From positions 48,486,001 through 48,550,000 of the forward strand of contig NW_024704742.1 of assembly GCF_018977255.1 (NCBI RefSeq): a DNA stretch of 64,000 nt, written 5' to 3'. This document shows, piece by piece, positions 55,054 to 64,000 of the stretch. The notes under the pieces were generated by a model. The model ran no database searches. It was not told the DNA's origin and saw nothing but the letters and a program-made list of their open reading frames with translations. This stretch comes from Callorhinchus milii (Eukaryota). A program made the translations under genes and the position numbers. Each line of letters starts with the position of its first letter. Positions within the stretch are counted from its first letter, which is position 1.

Positions 55054-55401
55054 CAGCACAGCCCTGTTATAACATGGTGCTTGGGATCCATAAAATCTCA
55101 CTGCGTGTCACGGCGAGGAGCGATAGCAGGTTTGACTGTGCAAGCGCTCTCTCCATGCTAAAAGCAAAAATGTCCGCCTTCTGAATCATCAGGTCTCTGC
55201 AATATCATCTCCTGTTGATGCGCGTGTGCAAAGCAGGAAGTGAAGTTGAACAAGAAATGAACAAGAAATTGGTCGTTTTAGCACGAGAATCCGGTCTGCC
55301 GCAGGTACTGAGCCAGCCAGCAGCATGAATGTGCAATGAAGCGCAACCGGGCTATAGGAGAACTTGAGCTATGGAGAGGCATGTCGTACCGGGGCTGTAC
55401 T
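55054..55401. mobile_element. Degenerate Tigger/pogo-like MITE
   Basis: Left end TA|CAGCACAGCCCTGTTATAACAT; right end ATGTCGTACCGGGGCTGTACT|TA (15/20 inverted match). Confidence 0.55.
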
Positions 55402-56076
55402 TAGGTTGAAAATTCAAAGAACAGCACAATAAGGTAGCAACATTGCAACAAATTAAAATTGATGCAAGAAGTGAAGCTTAACAAGGTGAGGAGCACAGAA
55501 CATTAGGCATGGGATTATACCTGCCATTCACGACATGGAGCAGGTACTTAAGAGAAAGCAGTTTCCTTGCAGTGAGGCCAAGTGACCATAAGTAACTGAT
55601 GTGCCTTCCCATGACCGCAGGCAGAGCAACATTGACAACATACTAAATGTGGCGGGTTAGTCTGATCCCAGTCAATTAGGGTATGGAGATTGGGGAACAA
55701 GCCAACGAATACTACTTGTGAAAATACAACAACAACTTGCACTTATATAGCACCCTCCACATAGGGTAGTATCTCAGAGCACTTAACAAGGGCAGAGCAT
55801 AAGCACGGTCGAATAGGAAATTCTTTAGGCGGGACTTGAAAGAGGGAGAGTGGGGCAATGCGGGGGATTGAACACGAGTGTGAGGATCTTGAAGTCGATC
55901 CATTCAGTAATGGGGAGCCAGTGGAGCCTGGCCAGAACTGGTGAGATGTGGCTACGGGGCTTGGTTCGGGTGAGTATGCAGGCAGCAGAGTTTTGAATGA
56001 GCTGGATCTTGTGAATGGTGGAGCTGGGGAGACCGGTGAAAAAATGAAAGCTATTAAAAAGAAATCACAAAAACTG

Positions 56077-56331
56077 CAGTGGGATCTTGTGATAATTCAG
56101 TGGTTTGGGTCCATCAAATCAAACTATAAAGGTGAATTAAAATATGCTGGTCACCACTAACGTCCTTCTTATTGATATGTGTGCAGGAAGTGCCCAAGTT
56201 ACTTCCTGCATGTTGTTCATGCTATTTGCAGGAAGCTGGGCAGCCAGTGCTGGAAGCCAGATATGTACCACCTTGTGGTATATGGTGTGTCCATAAGTAG
56301 ACCTGTGATATGTTATAACAGGGTCCAACTG
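56077..56331. mobile_element. Degenerate Tigger/pogo-like MITE
   Basis: Left CAGTGGGATCTTGTGATAA versus right TTATAACAGGGTCCAACTG|TA (15/19 inverted match); subterminal ggtccat motifs shared with 55054-55401. Confidence 0.55.
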
Positions 56332-56633
56332 TAGAGGCAAGGAAACTGGTGATCGTGATGGAGAGAGAATGAGAGAAATGCAGGTAGCAGCAACATGGAA
56401 GCATAACAGTCAAGAAAGGCCCGTCACAAAAGAAAAGCCAAGCAGGGACGTGCTCAGTGCTACACGTTTAAAAGAAAGAACATTTATATTTACAGCTAAC
56501 ATTCTAGGGAGCCTTTATTGATTCCCACAAGTCATACATCATATTTGCTCTCTATTTAAGAGGCAGGCCTGAGAATTTACAGTGTAGAACATTTCTGGTT
56601 TAAATACTCTCAAAAAGGGAGTCTTACTTTGAC

Positions 56634-56703
56634 CTGGAAGCACTTCTGATAGGGATCACAGGGCTTCAACAATGAGGATACTGGAGTATAGGTTATATGA
56701 AAT
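56634..56703 (-). other. APBB2: Probable 5' exon of the long APBB2 isoform (homolog of the mammalian MSEVLP start exon, apparently non-coding here)
   Basis: Acceptor ccctctttccag|ATT. The exon ends TGA TCC CTA TCA GAA GTG CTT CCA G|gtcaaa (xSEVLP, phase 1, in frame with the large exon). An alternative donor AAA|gtaaga at 56628 has the same phase. Confidence 0.75.
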
Positions 56704-59700
56704 CTGGAAAGAGGGATCATTTAATTAAACAAAAACAATACAAAAAATAAATACAGGAACAAAGAATGCAAAATAAGCATCAAATAACAGCAACATCTGG
56801 GGAAAATGCAAAATTAGTGGAACGTATTATGCAGACAATTAAGACCAAGGGTTCTGATCAAGGTATTTTGCACTTAAATTAAGGCACAGGATTTTGCAAA
56901 TCATACCATCTTATCAAGGGCAACAACATTAGGTGTTATCATGCAAGTTGTTGCAATCTGAAAACCTGCTGGGGTGTAACTCAGTCTTGCACCAGTGCAA
57001 TATTGATTCTTTTGCAGTGCAAAAACAGAGGGAGACCAATGCACTGATGCAAATCTGTGTAATGGTAAAGGAATGCAGCACGAGACTGCAATGTTTGGAT
57101 ATGTCAATTTAGAGTGGTCAGTCCAGTAAATATATTGCACACTGGATATTGCACAATCCAATTCACAAAATCACAAGATTGGTTTGGATAAAGATCAGTT
57201 GTTTCAGAGAGCCAGCACATGCATGGTGAGACGAGCTTCTGATGCCATGTGTATTGGGTGCATTGCGTTGTGCACTGAAAAGAGTGAGTGAACTACAAAC
57301 GGCCTGTCATACACCAGGCCCATCAATCCAAAGTTACAATAATAACGTAGATCATCCTTGTTGACTTTGAAAGCCAATCTGTACTGGATTTATTCATTAT
57401 AAATTGGGACCACCCACTGTGCAATTCATATGAACAAAAAATGAATTATTCAAATGCTTTAGTAGCAAATGGGTTTCTGAATCACAAACAAATTACTTTC
57501 TCGCTTGTAGAGATGTTACATATAATTTCAATGTTTGCAAAAGGCTTGGTTATTACTGCCTAAAAAAATGGCTATTTCTGCTTAGTTTACCACTTTTAAA
57601 GGCATATGCAATAACAATGGTAAATCAGTAGTCATCTAGTTTATGCCATTGGCATATGATGACCCTACCCCTTTACGTAACCATATTACTGTGATTCACC
57701 AAGTAGAATAACCTTGAAAGGACCTTCCATTGTAAGTTTAAGTTCAATTCATATCTTGGTTTGCTATGTAGAAAGGTGTTATTCTCTTCTCCCTCACATA
57801 CCGGGATTACTAGGCAAGACGACACCAACTTTCTGATAACCAGACCACCCGCCTCCCCTTCGCAAGCTGCAGAACTTGTAGCCAGAATTCTGCAGCTCGT
57901 GTCTTTTCCCACATTAGGCTCTGCAAGCCTATCACCCCCATCCTCATCTGGCTCCACATCCCCTAACGTATTGAGTTCAATGTCTTACTTTTAAATCCCT
58001 CCATGATCTTGCCTCATCCTACCTCTACGACCTCCTGAAACCCCACCAACTCGGTTGATCCCTTGTCTGCTTCACGTCCTACAAACAAAAGGTCCAGAAT
58101 TCAATCTTGTTTGAGGGAGGAGGGAGAACTGCTGGCCAGGACTCCGGGAGAACACTATGCAGTGCCGAGAGGGAATTGGATTATTTTAGAGGTTGAAGGG
58201 GCTCAACAACAACAACAAATAACACCTGTGTAGCTAGCCCTTTCACATCAGGAGCATCTCTTAAGGCGCTGGTTAGTCAGGGATTTGGACCCGAGCAGGC
58301 AGTTGGGATCAGAAGAGGTGGAGGGCAGGGAGGGTAGGGATAGGAGGGTGGTCAAAGGTGCAGTCGAAGAGGAGTAGAACAAGAGAGTAGAAGATGGAGT
58401 TTAATGGTCTTTTCTGGTCCTGGCCAATCCAACAATAATAATAATCCTTGCATTTGATATAACACCTTATCACATCATCGCAACACCTCAAAGTGCTTCA
58501 CAGGATGTAAAGCACATTTTATTGTGTATTCTAGTGGGTGAAACACAGTAGCTAGTTTTTGCGCAGCAATGTCCCGCAAACAGCCAGGGGGTGAGAATGA
58601 AAGAAGTGCGTTTATGTCAGACTCTGATTATTATCCTGTTTACTGTTATAATTTCAAGATAGATTCAAACTTACAGAGTACACCGAATGCGTAAGCTTGA
58701 AAAACATCTGCACTTCCACAGAATTACTTCAAATTAAAGAACTCAGCAATGAGTTTACAGTACTTTCCTGTTGCAAAGTGCAGGAAATAAAACTAACAAT
58801 GCTTTAATTGAAACTGACGAGCAAACTGCTGTTACAACTATAATAAAGGAATGGCTGCATCAGGGACCCAAAATCAAGACGAACGTCTGGTTTCCTCATA
58901 ACTGCTCAGCAATGTTACCTCAGAGGAGCATAAAATCAACTAGGTCCACTGTTAGCGAGTTGGACACTGACATTGCCAATTTATGTCTTTACCTCACCAC
59001 TACTGCTGCTGAAGTCCTCATTCATGCCATTCATATCTTTGCGCTATCCTCACTCTCTAAACGTAGCTCACAACAATTCAAATCTGTTTCACCTACACCC
59101 GCAATCTCATACTGTAATTGGATTTGATCAGCTCACTACGGATTCAACACAGAGGACAGTGCAGCTGGTGCTGTGCAATTTAAACAACATAAATGATTCA
59201 GTTCCTTTCGGATGAGGCAGAGTAATTGAGTAATGCTGATTAGAACAATCCAGGAAGGGCAGATACAAGTTCCCTTTAGTTAGGTTGTTGATTCCGTCTA
59301 GCATTAAAAGGGGCCTGTGGGAGATCAAATCCCGCCCATGTGCTCTGATGAAGAGGGACTGACAAGGATCAGACAGGAACACACTTCCTGTATGAATGTT
59401 CAAGACCATTACGATCGCTTTGGCCGTTTTCCATTTCATGAACCATCTCTCTTCAATCTCACTTATTCCCAGTCCCCTTCGTCCTCAAATGTTTAATTCC
59501 CTCTCAGCAATGCTGCTCACGCTATTATTTTTAAAAGGAAAAACAAGAAGTTCTTCCAGCAACCTGGCCAATATTCCTCCCTCATCCAATTCAATGCAAA
59601 CCAAATTAAAATCTCCACATTCTATTTGTGGGAAAATTCATAGTACAGTTTAAGTGTCAATTTTGCCACCATAACTATAGTTATTGTGCTTTAAAGTAAC

Positions 59701-60724
59701 TATTTGCAGTTGAACAGGCTCAATGGTCAAAGTGACAGAAAATGCACCTCTGAAGTAAACTCTTCATTAAAGGAAATCCCTGTATGTTACCCAATTCATA
59801 AGATTTCGATCCAAGATCTCATCGGAGCAGAAGTCTTGCAAGTCAATGTCTTGTACAGAGACTTCCTTGAGAAAACAAAATTTACCATCAATGTCAGCCT
59901 GGCTCAGTTGGCAGCACTCTCCCCTCTGAGTCAGAAGGTTGTGCAATCAAGCCCCACGTTTGGATTTTGAGCTCATAGTCTCGGCTAATACAAGTGCAGT
60001 GTTGGGGGAGCACTGTATAGTCCTTTGGATGAAAAATTCAGGTTTTACGTGGATGTTGAAGATCCCATGGAACTATTCAAATAAAGACAAGGGAGCCTCC
60101 TTATAGCTCTTTGTGGGACATTGATGTGCACAGATCTGCTGCTATGTTCGCCAACAAAATAGGCAGTCATTACACTTTACAGTAAATCCTGCAAAGAGCT
60201 TGTCAACATCCTCCTGACATGAAAGACGCTCTATCAAATTAAAGGATTATTGTTATTATGAGATCGTAAACCTAGGTCTTGTCTGCCTGTTGAGGTGGAT
60301 GTTAAAGATCCCATGGCACCACCCAAAAAGAGAAGAGTTTCTCCTGGTGTGCTGTCCAACAAGCTCCCAGATATACAATACAGTCCCTACACTTTACAGT
60401 AAAATCCTGTGAAGTGCTTTAAGACTTTTGGATGCTATAAGGTGCTATTTTAACACAAGTATTATTATTATTATAGATGTTTTTCTGCCAATTATGATGT
60501 CCAAGCGCTTCTCCAACTTCATTGTGTGAAACGCTTTCAGACATTTCAACAGGATAAGGCATGACGTCATGGGTAAGTATTATTATTAGCAATTTAATTA
60601 TTAATTTCCCTGCAAAGCACATCCTGTCTGAAGTGCATATGTGAAAACTTCTAGTTAAGTTCTGGAAGGAATGGTTACGACATAGACAATGCAGGGAAAT
60701 TCCCTGATGAGCTCAGTCCTAGGA

Positions 60725-61025
60725 CAACAACAAATTACATTTGTAAAGCGCCTTTCACATCATGAGGAAGTCCCAAGGCACTGGACAATCAGTGTTTCAG
60801 ACCTCAGCTGGGGGTCAGGATCGAGGAGGGTGGAGGGCAGGAGGGAAGGAGGGCGATTGAAGGTGCGGTCGAAGAGGAGGATCTTGAGATGGGTCTTGAA
60901 GGAGGCAAGGGAGGGGGCGAGGAGGAGGGACTGTGGGATGGAGTTCCAGAGGGTGGGGGCAGAGAGGCTGAAGGCCCGCCCGCCAATGATGGGGCGAACA
61001 AGACGGGATATGTGGAGCAGGCTGG
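60725..61025 (-). mobile_element. L2 LINE 3' end (other fragments about 5310-5610(-), 9100-9515, 26880-27250, 31870-32340, 36110-36480, 55725-56040(-), 58205-58380(-))
   Basis: Reverse complement matches 39497-39918 and 15575-16130. Confidence 0.85.
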
Positions 61026-63150
61026 AGCTATACAGTCCACTGCTGTCTATGACTACAGTTTATTGGTCTGGTGGATACCCACCACCAACAGCAAAGACCA
61101 GTCCTGGCAAGAGCATTGGTCAGATCTGGACGACGGTGAGAGAATCTAGACCAGCGAATCCAATGACAAGTTGTGCAGGTTGGGCAAAAAACATGTCCCC
61201 TAGTATAAAACGCTACATCAAATGCAAGGATTATTATCCAGCCATATGCTTATGGGATCAAAACGGATGTCTGTCTGTTGGATGTCTGGGCCCAGTGTTT
61301 ATTGTGACAATCCAGACCCTAATTGATCACTGCTGTAGTTTGTGATGTGAACACTAAATTAAGTGGAGGCATGATTAGCTTTCAAAAGGGAACTAGAAAA
61401 ATGTCTAAAAAGGAGTAAATTACAGGGGAACGGTGGAAAGACAAGTAAATAGGATCGAAAGGATTTCTCTTTAAAAGAGCCAGCACAGACACGATGAGCC
61501 AAATTGCCCTCTTATGTGCTGTAAATTTCTATGGTTCCGTAGTTCTATGATAAATCTTCTACGGTCCATCTAACTTAGCCTCTACTGGGGATTGCTTATG
61601 TCCAATGTGCATTACTACATTAAAAGAAAACTGGAGAGCAGATAGCAGGGCAAACCAACAAAACATCAAGAAAAAGAAATTTGAGAAAATCTGGAGTAAT
61701 AGCTCTATTTGCAGCGTATTTATACCCAGGATAATAACTGGCCCATTTTGAACATATCCAAAGAATAATACTTCTTGCATTGGATATATCACCTTCCATG
61801 TTGGGAAGAGGCCTCAAAGCTCTTTGCAGAATTTACTGTAAAGTGTAGTGACTGTGTCTTTTGTAGGCGAATGCGGAAATTGGGCACTGCAGAATTGAGT
61901 GCTTTTTCAACAGCAAAGAGTTAATTTAAAGTACAGTAACTGTAGTTATAGAAGCAAATAAGAGTTAAACAGCACCGAGAATACCATCAGAAGAAAGAGA
62001 GACGAGTTTTGAATATTTATATTTTATACACAAAGTTGTCAGAATGTAGTATGTCGTGTCACAAATGACTATTGGAGTGAAGCTTATAACAGCATATAAA
62101 AGAGGAACTGGAGAAATATTATTAACAGTTACGGAGAAAGAGCAAGGGAAATGGCATTGTGATAGGGAATGGGAATGAGGTCCAGCATCAGCACAAACAA
62201 GGTGGGCTGACTAGGCTGCAAATGTTCTCTGAAGTGTCATATCTGGTGCTTGACAGTGGTACCAGGTCAGTGATGGGCACAGCCTTCGACATGTGACCAA
62301 CATTAGGATGAACAGAGCAAAGCACTTTAAAAAAACGTAAATTGTGTTTTTATTTAGTAGTTCACAGTGAGAATTACAGCAGGTAAGAAGTTACAGCTGT
62401 AATATTAAAGGGGTCTTACGTACAGAGTGATCAGCCCACGGAGGTATGGGTTTGTGAAGACTTGCCTAGAGCAGACCTGAGACAAAATGACAACTCCATT
62501 TCACAGTTCGCAAAAATTTTCCATCCTTGCTAAGGTCCTATTAACAGCTAAGAGACAATTTACAAGATCAAGGTTTTTAAATTAAGTTGTAACAGGTATT
62601 TACTAAGAGTTTCATGAACAATTTCATGTATAACTTTCCTTGTACAGTCCTACTAGTCAGGAACCTATTGTTCCATGTATCTGAAGGAAGCAATTCCTAG
62701 TCGCAGGGTTTGGTCCTTTGCTGTAAAACCATCAAGTAAACAGGTTTTGATGAAATCAATAAATGTGTCAGTTGTATTCAAGCTTGGCAATAATCGATTT
62801 GGTTTCTTAGTAAGCATTACAATTTCAGTGATAAATACAGCAACAAAATATATTACCTTTGCCACCGGTGATTTATTTAAATCTATTTGTTCACAGAAAC
62901 AATAATTTGATCGTAGCAACATTTTATATTTATGCTTCAGTTTCCTTATTCTCTACTACTCAATTAATGGGTTGTCAAACTGTGACGGCATTAGAAATTC
63001 ATGGATTTTTTTAAAAAACATTCCTTAGCTGAATTTGCTGCCTTACTTTGCCTGTCCTGGTCTGCAATGATTCCTTTTAGACACTTTTGGTATTGTTTGG
63101 TATCAGTTTGTGTTCTCTCTTGTTAGTTTTTTCCCAATTTCTCAATCAAC

Positions 63151-63501
63151 GTAGCTCAGTGGTTAGAGCAACTCGCCTCGCAAACGAGAGACATGGGTTC
63201 GATTCCTAGCAGGGTGAAATGTTTGGCAAGTTTCCTTACTCTACACGCCTCTGTTTACCTAGTAGTAAGTAGGAACCCGGTTGTTAGTCGATTGACGGAT
63301 TGCTTTTCCGGGGGTAATAATTCCTTCCACAAAAAAATAATAATAAATTGGTCACTCAATCCACGACTGTACGCAATTAGCTGCCATGTTTCGCCCACAA
63401 AATATATAGTCAATTCACTTTACAGTATATTCTGTGAAGCGCTTTGAGACATCGCAAAGATATGATAAGGCGCTATATCAAATGCAAGGATTATCATTAT
63501 T
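63151..63501 (+). mobile_element. Same tRNA-SINE family, long variant
   Basis: gtagctcagtggttagagc...gttcgattcc head, internal segment and tail. Confidence 0.88.
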
Positions 63502-64000
63502 AACAGTCCCCAGATTAAAATTGTTCGTTCATTTTGCACCTGTTTTGCTGCGTTTGCCTACAAAATACAAAGGCATTACATTTAAAATTACTATAAAATG
63601 CCCCCTGACACGAATGGTACTATATCAAATGTAAGGAGTATTAATGATAATTTTTTTCCAATCAATTTTCTTCCCTTACTTCATCATTTGCTTCAGGTGT
63701 CAAAGTGGAGTACAATCCCAAAATTTACAGACCATTGGCACATGGCACATGCTTAATCAGCCAGTCCACTGCAAAGAGCCTCTTTTTCCCTCTCGAGAAC
63801 ATTGCCCATTTACACACTTACTTCACCCGTTCTGCTGTTGGAATCTTTGTTCAATTCTCTGTCATCGAGATATACTGCTCCACTCCCTGACCCACTTTCC
63901 TGATTATATCATCCATAAGCACCAACTCATAACAAACCTCTGAAGCCGGTATGATCTCCACACGCCCATTACTACCAGCACTGAATCAGGACCCACACAT

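Noticed and set aside
60689..61345. 218-aa ORF
   Set aside because: Antisense L2 3' end plus SINE tail; no coding signature.
1..64000. CRISPR arrays, operons or prokaryotic defence systems
   Set aside because: The sequence is vertebrate intron-exon DNA. The recurrent motifs are dispersed retroposons, not repeat-spacer arrays.

Overview
This is eukaryotic, vertebrate genomic DNA. The repeat content (DeuSINE/SacSINE1-like SINEs, L2 and CR1 LINE fragments) suggests a cartilaginous fish, possibly a holocephalan; that is an inference. The window lies inside one minus-strand gene, APBB2 (Fe65L1, an APP-binding adaptor). I can assemble seven phase-compatible canonical coding exons, covering the long N-terminal region, the WW domain and the first two-thirds of PTB1. 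The rest of the gene lies beyond the left edge. The most notable finding is an unflagged alternative first coding exon at 41815-41875 (-). It encodes MLGNDYMLAIIVVNCE, nearly identical to the N-terminus of the paralog APBB3/Fe65L2, splices in phase onto the WW exon, and has a promoter-like region upstream. Other findings: the exon matching the mammalian 'MSEVLP' start exon has no ATG here, there is a GC-AG intron and a NAGNAG acceptor, and several retroposon arrangements are of interest. Most ORFs in the supplied track are repeat-derived or spurious. Homolog sequences were recalled from memory and need confirming by alignment.
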